A stretch of DNA of 43,130 bases, taken from Escherichia phage Sciku. The notes beneath the pieces were generated by a model that made no database searches, was not told the DNA's origin, and saw only the letters and a list, made by a program, of their open reading frames with translations. Below, piece after piece: positions 27,857 to 37,216 of the stretch (position 1 is the first letter of the stretch; every line of letters begins with the position of its first letter). The DNA is taken from the sequence record MK931439.1; one strand, given 5' to 3'. Both the position numbers and the translations under genes were made by a program.

Positions 27857-28337
27857 GGTTACAGAAATCTCCGTGTAGTGATTCTCTCGCCGCGCAGACT
27901 ACTTTGTACGCTTCCTCCTTTGTCGAAAAAGCACCGAAATATATGCGCTTCCCGTTCACGGTTATCCTTGCCCTAAATTTACCTCTTTCAGGTGATACCC
28001 CCTTTAAACATGAGGTGTTGTCACGCCTTACCCTTGCGTTTCTGGTATTCTCCCACCTGGTCGCTAACCGCAGGTTGCAAATCCGATTATCCGCACGGTC
28101 GCCGTTTATATGGTCAACCTCCTCCGGCGGCATATCACCGTACACCCACCACCAAGCCAATCGGTGTGCCGGATAGTGGACGTTTCTGAACACAACTTTC
28201 ATATACCCAAGGTCAGTGTAGTTATTTATAGCTTTCCCCGGAACAGACCGCGGACCACTTCGCTTAACCCATTTGAATACCCCAGTATCAGGGTCGTACG
28301 ACAGGAAATCTTTTATATCGTCACTTGGTGCTTTCAT
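27846..28337 (-). CDS. HNH homing endonuclease with AP2-like DNA-binding domain
   Basis: HNH core HRLAWWWVYGDMPPEEVDHINGDRADNRICNLRLATRWEN; C-terminal AP2-like GVSPERGKFRARITVNGKRIYFGAFSTKEEA; ATG 28337 with GAGGGG RBS. Confidence 0.75.
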   Translation of the reverse strand: MKAPSDDIKDFLSYDPDTGVFKWVKRSGPRSVPGKAINNYTDLGYMKVVFRNVHYPAHRLAWWWVYGDMPPEEVDHINGDRADNRICNLRLATRWENTRNARVRRDNTSCLKGVSPERGKFRARITVNGKRIYFGAFSTKEEAYKVVCAARESLHGDFCNHGD

Positions 28338-28419
28338 AATACGCACCCCTCACGTTTCGTATGCTCAATCCCGCAGCGCGGGCAGATTCGGCAGTCTTCT
28401 TCGTATAACCAGTAAATTT

Positions 28420-28551
28420 TCATTCCAGCACCCACATATAAATTGCGATGAACATGCCTAATACGGCAACCATCATGCCGTATTGGCCCTCGTGGCAGTA
28501 GACACCGGCGGCGAATCCTGCCAGTACCGCGATAATTAGTTTACTTAGCAT
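28420..28551 (-). CDS. small hydrophobic membrane protein
   Basis: 43 aa ORF MLSKLIIAVLAGFAAGVYCHEG...; start overlaps the polymerase stop. Confidence 0.3.
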   Translation of the reverse strand: MLSKLIIAVLAGFAAGVYCHEGQYGMMVAVLGMFIAIYMWVLE

Positions 28552-30712
28552 AACGCTTCATCTCCGCACCTTCCGCTACAAGAGGGAAGCCTTCTGCCCA
28601 CTCAGGCAGAGAACACATTAATTTTTCCAGTTCGCCCACCGTGTACTCAGATGTATCGGGGGTTTCGCAGATAATCTCATCGTGAACATGAAGTACAATT
28701 GGATAGCCGTTTGCTTCTACGTTCAGCAGGGCGTTAGCCAGCAAATCACGGCACAGCGCCTGAGTGCAGTTTTCCACGAGTTTACCGGAGTAGGTGTACT
28801 GGAAGCCCCACTGACGGGTTAACTGATTCTCTCCCTGGTACTTGATATGCACGTTAGTAGACACCTTCCCGTCTTCGTCTGTCTCTTTCGACACGCTCAA
28901 CCCGATGCCTGGATAGGACATAACGCGGCCAGACGGCAACGTCATGCGCAACCACCAACCGGCGACTTTGTTGCCGTTGTTGTCTGTATCTACGTTACGC
29001 GAAAACTTAACGCCCCGCGGCCCTGCGGTGAACTCTTTGCCTGGATTGCGGATAGCAGCCATAGCTGCGTCTTCAATATCTCGCCAGAATTGTACTATCG
29101 CTGGATTGGCCTCTCGGTACATGCGTTTCAGAGCGTCACATGTTCTCCATACTTTCTTATCAAGTATATATGATGGTCGGTCATCCTTTTCACCAGGACG
29201 TGGTGGTCGCTTGGCTTCCTGAATACGTGCCCACTCGTAACCGCGTGCAGTAGCAGCCCAAATATGGTCCGGGAAAGTTCCGTCTAAAGTGCGTGTCATA
29301 TCATTCAAATCAAGACCTAAGTTTTTAGCAAACGTGACGAAAGCACCGACACCACCCGCGTAGCCGAGGCCCAGAACCATTGCTTTGGCTATTTGTCTTT
29401 GGTCCTTTGTTACGTCGTCATAACTAACGTTGAACACGGTTGATGCGAGTTTCTTATACACATCAACCCCGTTTACAAATACTTCTATTAAATCGTCTTC
29501 ACCAGCAAGCCACGCAAGCCCGCGGCCCTCGACGTTAGAGTAATCAGCGACGACAAACTTGTGCCCTTCTTCTGGTATGATGCAGCTACGAACCGTCGAT
29601 GCCGTTAGCTTGGCTACGTCAAAACGGCGATGAGCACGGCCTTTAAGTAGCGCTGAAATACCTTTATCCAGTTCCTCATCATGGTAATACCCGCGAGCCA
29701 GGTTCTGTGGCTGGAAGCCTTTACCAGCAAATCGTAACGTACGCTTGGCCCCACCATACTGGATGCAACCCCGGCGGCGGTCGTCAGACGAGCGACCTAA
29801 CAGCAATGGGTTGTATTTCGTGGACGCCGTGGACGCGGCCCCGAGGCGCATTTCAATAATCGTACGCGCATCGTCCTGTAAATCATCATCCGCCAGCAGG
29901 TCATTCAGCGTCGACTTCTGTGCGTTGTGGATGCGGTGGGCGGGGGCGAGTTCACGCAGAATCGGCAGGAAGTCTTTACCGGTGAGTGAGCAGCCGTATT
30001 TGCGCTGGGCTTCTTCCTGCAACTGCGCCTTGTGCTTCTCTACGGCTTCAATCGCTGCTTCCGCCAGCGCAACATCAACCTTGAACCCACGGTCATTGAT
30101 TAACTGGTCCAGTTCCAGTACACGGTCTTCGAACTCAGAGTTACCCCACCGCGGCAGCTTATGGAATACTTCACGCATCGCGGTGATGTCGCTCACGGCG
30201 TACTTGATGAACAGCGCCCACTCGTCCGAGTGCGTTTCGGCGGTGTAGCGGCGGATTTTGTAGTTCTTCGGTGTCGGTTTAGAAAAACGCTTAATCAGCG
30301 CCTTGCCGCGTTTGTCTTTCGCGTTGTCTGCAGACACGCCCAGCACTTCACACAGCGCGTCAAGTGAACCCGGCAGCGCGTGACGAAATGCCCAAATCAT
30401 CGTATCAATGGTGTTGCTTACAGGAATATCAAAGCCCCAACAGTGCTTCATGATGAGCCTATCGAACATTGAGCCGTTGTGCCACACCATCTTAATGCGG
30501 CTGTTTGGCTTAGCCAGACGGCGTAACGCGCGGTGCAAATCTCCCGGCATGTCGCTGCCGTCGGTGCAATCCCATGCCTGTACAGGCTCGTCGTCAAAAG
30601 CATAGGTACAGATGAGCACTTCGGTGGTTGGGTGTTCGGCGTAAGCGTAGGAGCCAACTTTCTTTAAATCGGCCTCGGAGAATGTTTCAAAGTCTAAGAA
30701 CAGGTAACTCAT
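28541..30712 (-). CDS. family A DNA polymerase with 3'-5' exonuclease domain
   Basis: Exo I motif FLDFETFS at N-terminus; motif B KAMVLGLGYAGGVGAF; motif C VLHVHDEI. Confidence 0.85.
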   Translation of the reverse strand: MSYLFLDFETFSEADLKKVGSYAYAEHPTTEVLICTYAFDDEPVQAWDCTDGSDMPGDLHRALRRLAKPNSRIKMVWHNGSMFDRLIMKHCWGFDIPVSNTIDTMIWAFRHALPGSLDALCEVLGVSADNAKDKRGKALIKRFSKPTPKNYKIRRYTAETHSDEWALFIKYAVSDITAMREVFHKLPRWGNSEFEDRVLELDQLINDRGFKVDVALAEAAIEAVEKHKAQLQEEAQRKYGCSLTGKDFLPILRELAPAHRIHNAQKSTLNDLLADDDLQDDARTIIEMRLGAASTASTKYNPLLLGRSSDDRRRGCIQYGGAKRTLRFAGKGFQPQNLARGYYHDEELDKGISALLKGRAHRRFDVAKLTASTVRSCIIPEEGHKFVVADYSNVEGRGLAWLAGEDDLIEVFVNGVDVYKKLASTVFNVSYDDVTKDQRQIAKAMVLGLGYAGGVGAFVTFAKNLGLDLNDMTRTLDGTFPDHIWAATARGYEWARIQEAKRPPRPGEKDDRPSYILDKKVWRTCDALKRMYREANPAIVQFWRDIEDAAMAAIRNPGKEFTAGPRGVKFSRNVDTDNNGNKVAGWWLRMTLPSGRVMSYPGIGLSVSKETDEDGKVSTNVHIKYQGENQLTRQWGFQYTYSGKLVENCTQALCRDLLANALLNVEANGYPIVLHVHDEIICETPDTSEYTVGELEKLMCSLPEWAEGFPLVAEGAEMKRYAK

Positions 30713-30771
30713 TATTTTCGACCCTTAGTAAAAAGGCCCAATGAAGGGCCTTAGTTAAATCGATTCAGATA

Positions 30772-31398
30772 TTAGCGACGGCGACGTTCGCGGCGCGGTG
30801 CTGCATCTTCATCGTCGTCTTCCAGGTCATCGACACTTGCGGCGACTTTAGAACCACCGAACGCTTTACCTTCGCCAACATATTTAATTGCCAGAAGGTT
30901 AACACCGAGGACTTTGTATTTCTGGCTGAACCAGATTTCGACGCTTACGTTAGCAACGCAGCCGCTGTAAACCTGTTCACCTTCAATCTGTTCGCCGTCT
31001 ACGTTGAAGTCCTGTTCTACCTGAGTCTCACCTTTTTTAGAGGTTACAATCAGTGGCTGTTTCTGCGCCTTCGCTTTGAAGTAGAAGCCTTCCGGGAAAT
31101 CTTCAAACGGATTGTCGCGCTCGGCAATGTCTTTAATCGCGCATTTATCCATGTGCTTACCTTCGCCGTAGTTGGACTTCATCCATTTCTCGGCGGCGGC
31201 GGCACCTAATGCTTCTTCAACTACAGCATAAACAGCGTCGTATAGCGCGTCGATTTGAGCATGGTCGGACGGCAGGATAATCGTTGCGCTGTACTGGCCC
31301 TTAGTGATTGAGCCATCATCGTTTTCACGGTCTTTTTCGCGTTCGAATACGTTAACCCATGCAGTGTTTACTTTACGCAGATTTAATTTCAGTCCCAT
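30772..31398 (-). CDS. putative ssDNA-binding protein (DUF2815-like)
   Basis: 208 aa with acidic C-terminal tail DDLEDDDEDAAPRRERRRR; sits between polymerase and a nuclease-like gene. Confidence 0.45.
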   Translation of the reverse strand: MGLKLNLRKVNTAWVNVFEREKDRENDDGSITKGQYSATIILPSDHAQIDALYDAVYAVVEEALGAAAAEKWMKSNYGEGKHMDKCAIKDIAERDNPFEDFPEGFYFKAKAQKQPLIVTSKKGETQVEQDFNVDGEQIEGEQVYSGCVANVSVEIWFSQKYKVLGVNLLAIKYVGEGKAFGGSKVAASVDDLEDDDEDAAPRRERRRR

Positions 31399-31456
31399 CG
31401 TGATTTCTCGCTTTTAAGTTTCGTTTACTCCGGGAAGCTGCCCGGCCAGTGATTTA

Positions 31457-31485
31457 ACTATAATAGTTTGCTATTCAGGTGTCAA
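31457..31485 (-). promoter_or_regulatory. sigma70-like promoter with AATAG-N4-CTATT operator (type A)
   Basis: minus strand: -35 TTGACA (31485-31480), 17-nt spacer, -10 TATAGT (31462-31457); palindrome AATAGtttgCTATT 31462-31475. Confidence 0.55.
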
Positions 31486-31675
31486 CACTTTATTTACTAT
31501 CTGGGTTAATTACATGCCTTACATCAATCTTACCTTTGTTAACCATTCGGATAATTTTACCCATCTCGTCGTGCATTACCATATTAAATACGCGGCGTAT
31601 CGTTTTGTTTTTACCTAGCTTTGCCCCGTTTCGGTACTGTTCTACGTAGCTTTTTTTGCAATTCTTGAATCGTAC

Positions 31676-32917
31676 TCATTCTAAATCCTCCTCTGTTACA
31701 CGGTCCCACTCAGGCCGTTTATCGTCTGCCGCGGCGACGCATGGCGCTCCCGGCTTACGGGTAATGAAGTCTTTCAGTTCTTCTTCCGGGATAACTTTAA
31801 CAGCTTCTGTCGGCGTCATGAGCACTTCTTTAGTCAGCTTGTCGCCGTAGAGTTCTGCTACTTTCTCTGCATCTTTCCACGCACGATTACCAGGACGACC
31901 CTCGACCAACTTGTACCCTGGCACTTTCTTACCGGAATGTAACGCAGCTGCCATCGCTTTCTCAACCTTGTCGATGTGCTGTCGTAACAGCGGTAACTTC
32001 TCATACTCAGCGACGAGTTGCTCAGGTGTCAGTTCAAGCGCAAAGTCGTCCTCCAGTTCTTCTGCCAGTACCGCGTTAACCGTCTTCGTACGTGCGGCGC
32101 ACTGTTCAGAGAACCGACACCACTGACAACCATCGACCGACGGCTTGAAGTCCGACGCTTTCAGGTTCTTCTTGCCACGGGAATAGGCATCTAACGTTAA
32201 CAGCGCACGTTTCTGCGCGAACTTAGCGAACAGTTCCAGACCTTCAACCGAGATGTCCCACTCTGACGCACCACCAGCATACGGCTGGAAGATGACAAGA
32301 CGAACGGTTGTTATGCTATAACGTCTCTTGAGTCGGCGATAAACACCGAGAGCGTAAAGCATAAGCTGTTTGTTTTCTTTCGCTTCGACACGATGTCGCC
32401 CGGTTTTCAGGTCGCCGATGATAAGCATGTACTCGTCGGTGTTGGCCCGTTCCTGAACGGCGACAAGGTCAGCGGTCCCGAACGTCTCAACGCCTTCATA
32501 GCCTGGATGCAATACCTCAGTAAGATTTACGCGCATTTCCAGCTTGGCGTAAGTCGCTACGTCGATAATCGCTTTGCAGTAATCGGTGTACTTGCGCACC
32601 TGCTCAATCATATCCGCCGTAATTAGTACCGCGCCTTTCATTGGGCTGATTAGTGCCTTAATCTGGCCTCTACCCTCATCCAGCACATAAGCGCCGACTT
32701 CGCGCTCTAACGGCAACGCAGTCCCGCGGATATAGGCGTTGAGATGGACCTCTGCTATGGTGTGGCACGCGGTCCCTGTAACGGCGGCTTTACCAGACGT
32801 GTTAGGAATATCTTTTTCACAGGCCAGTGACGCACTGCACGTCAGCCACTTCTTAGCACCCGACGGTGACAATATGGCGTGCACATCATTATTGCCCCCG
32901 CGTTCCTTTAAAATCAT
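31676..32917 (-). CDS. PD-(D/E)xK-type nuclease (DUF2800-like)
   Basis: ATG 32917 overlaps upstream stop (ATGA) with GGAGA RBS; N-terminal ILSPSGAKKWLTC and Cys-rich C-terminal cluster as in Cas4/RecB-like nucleases. Confidence 0.55.
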   Translation of the reverse strand: MILKERGGNNDVHAILSPSGAKKWLTCSASLACEKDIPNTSGKAAVTGTACHTIAEVHLNAYIRGTALPLEREVGAYVLDEGRGQIKALISPMKGAVLITADMIEQVRKYTDYCKAIIDVATYAKLEMRVNLTEVLHPGYEGVETFGTADLVAVQERANTDEYMLIIGDLKTGRHRVEAKENKQLMLYALGVYRRLKRRYSITTVRLVIFQPYAGGASEWDISVEGLELFAKFAQKRALLTLDAYSRGKKNLKASDFKPSVDGCQWCRFSEQCAARTKTVNAVLAEELEDDFALELTPEQLVAEYEKLPLLRQHIDKVEKAMAAALHSGKKVPGYKLVEGRPGNRAWKDAEKVAELYGDKLTKEVLMTPTEAVKVIPEEELKDFITRKPGAPCVAAADDKRPEWDRVTEEDLE

Positions 32918-33186
32918 ACCCTGTTCTCCCACTGGTCAATTAAATGTCTCGTCTTATGGTCGCAATGTAAGGCCCATCCATACATCGACTCGAAGACATA
33001 AAAGTCAGGTTTGGCGAATGTCGTGCGCTTAATCTGCGACACGTGACGGCCTGTATCTTTGGGCCGTGGTGCTTTGCCTAAGTACGCCATTTCTTCCATC
33101 TGATGCGCACCGGATGGCGCACGCAATAGCCACAACGCCTCGGTGTTATCGCGCCTGTCTACGGCTCGGTAGAGTTGGTAAATCAT
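32914..33186 (-). CDS. hypothetical protein
   Basis: 90 aa minus-strand ORF translationally coupled to the downstream nuclease gene. Confidence 0.4.
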   Translation of the reverse strand: MIYQLYRAVDRRDNTEALWLLRAPSGAHQMEEMAYLGKAPRPKDTGRHVSQIKRTTFAKPDFYVFESMYGWALHCDHKTRHLIDQWENRV

Positions 33187-33229
33187 AATTCCGACCCTCA
33201 GTTAAAGCGGCCCGGAGGCCGCAGGATAA

Positions 33230-33721
33230 TTATTCTTCTTCGAAATACTTGTTCTTGATTGCCGTCAGGCGCTCCAGGTATTCAACCAGGTCTTCGTCTT
33301 TAATCGCGGCAATCTTCATCTTCTTACCGGTGAACTCTTCCAGCAGTTCATCGGAGTCATCGCACGCGGCATCGCTCGGGCCTTCGTTAATCGCACCGTC
33401 GATAGCCTGAATCTGGTCGCGCAGAGACTGGTAATCGACTTCTTCTTCCGGTTCTGGCGTCGGCTCCTCTACTTTAGCTTTACGCGGCTTGCGTTTCGGC
33501 TTCTCTTCTTCTTCCGGTTTAGTGTCGACTACGTCTTCACCTTCAACCGGGATTTCTTTTGTTTCTTCTTTAATACTTTCAGAGAACTGCTCAATTTTAT
33601 GCGCGGCTACTGCGGCGGCCTCTTTGGCAGTAGTTGGCGCGAACTGTTTTGCACTGTTCGCAGCAATCAGTTCATGGGCAACTACGAAACGCTCCAGTAA
33701 TTTCAGAAATTGTTCTAACAT
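33230..33721 (-). CDS. acidic hypothetical protein
   Basis: 163 aa, Glu/Asp-rich with a central lysine-rich patch; GGAGAGAAA RBS. Confidence 0.45.
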   Translation of the reverse strand: MLEQFLKLLERFVVAHELIAANSAKQFAPTTAKEAAAVAAHKIEQFSESIKEETKEIPVEGEDVVDTKPEEEEKPKRKPRKAKVEEPTPEPEEEVDYQSLRDQIQAIDGAINEGPSDAACDDSDELLEEFTGKKMKIAAIKDEDLVEYLERLTAIKNKYFEEE

Positions 33722-33736
33722 TTGTTTCTCTCCTGT

Positions 33737-33886
33737 TTATTTATACTTAACGGTTTTGACTAACTGGCCTGTTGCTTTGTCGAAGAAGCCAACACGATTG
33801 TTGCTTACGCTATATCGTGCGGTTTCTTTAGTTCCAAATGCGATATCAAGGCCTAACAGAATCTTTGCTTTGCGGTTGTTAACCAT
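33737..33886 (-). CDS. small hypothetical protein
   Basis: 49 aa ORF, first gene downstream of promoter 33917-33945; AGAGGAGAGA RBS. Confidence 0.35.
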   Translation of the reverse strand: MVNNRKAKILLGLDIAFGTKETARYSVSNNRVGFFDKATGQLVKTVKYK

Positions 33887-33916
33887 TGTGTCTCTCCTCT
33901 CGTTTGGTATGGGCTA

Positions 33917-33945
33917 ACTATAATAGCGAACTATTCACTTGTCAA
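33917..33945 (-). promoter_or_regulatory. sigma70-like promoter with AATAG-N4-CTATT operator (type A)
   Basis: minus strand: -35 TTGACA (33945-33940), 17-nt spacer, -10 TATAGT (33922-33917); palindrome AATAGcgaaCTATT 33922-33935. Confidence 0.55.
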
Positions 33946-34009
33946 TGGGTTTTTCTAAAATAATTAATATGGTACTATTCACGCATCAACTAACTAAGGA
34001 GTAACTGAC

Positions 34010-34225
34010 ATGCAACCATCTGAACTAGGCATCCGTGTAGAACAACGCCGTAAAGAACTCGGCATCTCCCAGCGCCGTCTGGCTGTCCTGACTGGCGTTT
34101 CCCAGGGCGCGATTAACCAACTGGCACTTGGGGTAACTCAGGACGTCCGCCCGGCGACGCTGTTTAAACTGGCGGAAGTGCTGGAGATAGACGCCAAGTG
34201 GCTGGCGTTAGGTGAAGGGGCTTAA
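34010..34225 (+). CDS. Cro/CI-type helix-turn-helix transcriptional regulator
   Basis: 71 aa; HTH ISQRRLAVLTGVSQGAINQLALG typical of XRE/Cro family; AAGGAG RBS; only plus-strand gene inside the minus-strand block. Confidence 0.7.
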   Translation: MQPSELGIRVEQRRKELGISQRRLAVLTGVSQGAINQLALGVTQDVRPATLFKLAEVLEIDAKWLALGEGA

Positions 34226-34256
34226 TGCCCCTTTCTTTTTATAGCAACTTATCGAG

Positions 34257-34553
34257 CTATTCCAAATTCTTAATCGTGTGTTGCACGTTCAGGTACTGAA
34301 TCCACGCAAAAAGCCATACGCTTAACGGAAAACTAACCACAGCTGCCGTTCTGAAAACAATGTGGACGGTACACGCTACAATTTCCTTTACCGTCATATC
34401 CAGAACGTGGCGCAATTCTGCAACTTCCTCTAACGCTAGCTTGCAAGCAGGCCACCATTGGTGTGCTACACAAGAAACACATGTCAGGTACGACGGGCGG
34501 TATCCAGCCCTCACTGCTTTAAACGGGTTATCTATAAAATCGTAGATATTCAT
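34257..34553 (-). CDS. hypothetical protein
   Basis: 98 aa ORF with Cys-rich N-half and hydrophobic C-terminus; start overlaps primase stop. Confidence 0.4.
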   Translation of the reverse strand: MNIYDFIDNPFKAVRAGYRPSYLTCVSCVAHQWWPACKLALEEVAELRHVLDMTVKEIVACTVHIVFRTAAVVSFPLSVWLFAWIQYLNVQHTIKNLE

Positions 34554-36811
34554 TCCAAATCCTCTTCTGTCACTATCAGCATCTCATTCGGCTCGTATAT
34601 TGTCTTCGGAATCTTGTTATCGTTTATGCCCCACGGCAGCCGATATTGCTTAGGTATAGGCCTGTTGTTATTATCCAGCCCAGAGACGATAACCCCGGCC
34701 TCGTGCATCTCCTCCAGTTTCTTTCGAAGGTCGTTATTAGCGTTAATCGGTACACCATAACTATCTTCTTTCACCGCTTTGACGATAGCGGACATAGAAA
34801 ACCCTCGCTTGTCGTCGCCCTGCTCCTGCAATTTACCTAATGCGTAAATAACCGTAGCTTCTTTGGTACCCAGTTTCTTGAACTGGCCTACCTTTTCTTT
34901 AACGGCTTCCTTCTGTTCGTCGGTCATACCTTCTACTTTCTTCACGAAGACAGAGAAGGCGTTAAAGTTAACAAAGACATCGATGTGCGGATTTCCCGCG
35001 TCAAAATCTCGTACATCGTCACTGCTATACCCTTCCGGAAGCACCATGAAGTTGTGAGTTGGTTCTTTCTTTTCCGGCGGCTCCGCTATCTGAATCTTCT
35101 GTATTACGAATCCTCTGGCTTTCTGCCGTTCTCCGTTTCGGTTCTTTATGTGATACAGGTTTATCTCTAAGTTATTGTCGTTGTCTGGTTTATGCAGGAA
35201 CATCCCGTTATCGATGGAGTTGTGAAAGTCGCTCCCACCCTTCGGCATCATGCCGTTTTCAGACGGTACGGTTTCGTCGATGTTTTTAGTCGGGTGCACC
35301 ATAGCGCCTACCGCAGCGTTAAGCGTCGACGCTATTTCGTTAAGCGCCTGCGCCGCTTCTTTCATCGACCTGTTGTCGTTCTCGTCGAAGCCTGGTATGC
35401 AAGTTTGTAGGGTATCAAACGTAACCTTTACAATTTTCTCTTCACCGGCGACACGGCGCATCATTCTTACCGCCTGGCGGCGCCATGCTTCATCAAGTAA
35501 ATTACACCCATCGGCAACACAATCGATAATGTGCAAGCGGTCCAGGCTATCCCCGAGGGCAATCTGCAAAGACTTTTTATGTCGCTCGAACGACTGTGCG
35601 CCTTCACCGGCGAAAATGAACGCATGTCCTTCTGCAACCTCTGCCCCACCGAACGCATATCTTTTTTCGGCGGCAATAGCGGCGTCAATCGCCATACTAA
35701 ATGTCGACTTACCAGTGTGGGACTTTGCGCAAATGTAAAACGATTCGTTAGTCTGCATAAGGCCGTCTACGACGGAGTAAGCAGGTTCTTTTTCAACTTC
35801 CGGCTCGTCTTCGAGGTCTTCCAGAGTGCAAGTTACAGGCTCTTCATTCTCTGTGCGGTGTAATTCCTCAATCTCTTCGTCCGGTAAATCAGGCAGAGCC
35901 GCACGAATGCTGTTAATACTGATAGGTTGCTTGTCTACGTTAAGCTCGTCCGGAAGACCGCACATACGCAGAGCCAAATGTTGTCGGCGGTTAAGCTCGG
36001 TGCAAGCGCCGTTGTTTGTGTGCTGGCACACGAAGCGCACTTCTTTACCATCAAGCATAATGCTGGTAGAGCCTTTGCCGGTGTGCAGGTGTTCGTTAGG
36101 GCAAGGCACTTCGTACCCGCGACCGGAAGATAAAGCGTCAAGGCCAAGCTCCGCTTCGCAGAAATGCGCTATATCCGCGTTAAGCCCATGCTCATCGGCA
36201 GCAAGGGTCTTAGCTTCACGTTTACGCAACCCCATTTCTTCGGCTTTCTTGATGTACCGCTCGGCACGGATAACACGCCCTTCTGTAACCGTTATCTTCG
36301 ACTCTTTATGCGGCAGGTAGATAAGGCGGTTGCCATCTTCTGTGCAGTGGTCACGCAGCGCTTCGTCTATCTCTAACTCTGCACAAATGGCGCGTTGTAC
36401 CATCCACGCATCGTTAGAGTTAAACGGCGTGCGTGCAGGTACAAGAACGCGAAAGGCGTAATCCCCGTTTTTACACGCGTGCTGATGCGACGCCGTTGTG
36501 TGCAGAATGTTGAAGAACGGCGCGTTCTTGAATTTGCGCGTCAGGTCGCGGTACTGAGCGCGGTTGAGATGGTCAAAGTCGAACTTAACCACACTGTCTT
36601 CCAGAATCGCGTTCTTACGGCGACCGCCAACCGGCGCAATAGCTTTCTGCTTAATCTTGGCCGCGTCGTACTCTTCCTTAGTCCATGACGGGTCTACGGA
36701 CAGACGCTTCGATGTATCGCAGACATACTCTACAAACTGCTCCAGTGGCATTTCACGGGCTACCGGGTTTTTATCGAATGTGTTACGCAGCGTTGCAAAA
36801 ACAATATTCAT
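34550..36811 (-). CDS. DNA primase / helicase
   Basis: 753 aa; Cys/His cluster CPNEHLHTGKGSTSIMLDGKEVRFVCQH; Walker A AKSHTGKST in the central domain. Confidence 0.7.
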   Translation of the reverse strand: MNIVFATLRNTFDKNPVAREMPLEQFVEYVCDTSKRLSVDPSWTKEEYDAAKIKQKAIAPVGGRRKNAILEDSVVKFDFDHLNRAQYRDLTRKFKNAPFFNILHTTASHQHACKNGDYAFRVLVPARTPFNSNDAWMVQRAICAELEIDEALRDHCTEDGNRLIYLPHKESKITVTEGRVIRAERYIKKAEEMGLRKREAKTLAADEHGLNADIAHFCEAELGLDALSSGRGYEVPCPNEHLHTGKGSTSIMLDGKEVRFVCQHTNNGACTELNRRQHLALRMCGLPDELNVDKQPISINSIRAALPDLPDEEIEELHRTENEEPVTCTLEDLEDEPEVEKEPAYSVVDGLMQTNESFYICAKSHTGKSTFSMAIDAAIAAEKRYAFGGAEVAEGHAFIFAGEGAQSFERHKKSLQIALGDSLDRLHIIDCVADGCNLLDEAWRRQAVRMMRRVAGEEKIVKVTFDTLQTCIPGFDENDNRSMKEAAQALNEIASTLNAAVGAMVHPTKNIDETVPSENGMMPKGGSDFHNSIDNGMFLHKPDNDNNLEINLYHIKNRNGERQKARGFVIQKIQIAEPPEKKEPTHNFMVLPEGYSSDDVRDFDAGNPHIDVFVNFNAFSVFVKKVEGMTDEQKEAVKEKVGQFKKLGTKEATVIYALGKLQEQGDDKRGFSMSAIVKAVKEDSYGVPINANNDLRKKLEEMHEAGVIVSGLDNNNRPIPKQYRLPWGINDNKIPKTIYEPNEMLIVTEEDLE

Positions 36812-37003
36812 TTCTTTTTCTCCGCACGTTCTAAGGCTTCCAGCATACGGCGCATTGCGCGTTCATCTTTACCGGTGCGAAGAAGTCTGCGCCGTGTTTC
36901 TGGCGGCGTAGCTGTGGAACTATTAATTTCGCCATTGTATAATCCTTGTGCTTACTTTGATGATTTGTGCTTCGGCCCCGACGTCCTAGCGTTGGGGTTT
37001 CTT

Positions 37004-37216
37004 TTATTTATCGCCTGCAAACCACGCGTGCGCAGAATCATAGAAACGACATTTACTTAATACCTCGATTGGCATCTTAATAATGCGCGTCGGTTCCGAC
37101 AAATGATTAGGCTTACATATTTCTGCATAGAATCCGCTGTCAGTAATTTCTGACGCAAACTTAAACCAGTATTTAACTTTACCGTCTTCAAAGTAACAAC
37201 CCATACGCCCAATCAT
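37004..37216 (-). CDS. hypothetical protein
   Basis: 70 aa ORF overlapping (ATGA) the stop of the upstream HTH gene. Confidence 0.4.
   Translation of the reverse strand: MIGRMGCYFEDGKVKYWFKFASEITDSGFYAEICKPNHLSEPTRIIKMPIEVLSKCRFYDSAHAWFAGDK

Noticed and set aside
36961-36995. Plus-strand terminator-like hairpin CCCCGACG...CGTTGGGG followed by a T-run
   Set aside because: No plus-strand gene or promoter upstream; on the minus strand it lacks a U-tract. Function unclear, possibly fortuitous or an antisense stop, so not annotated as a feature.
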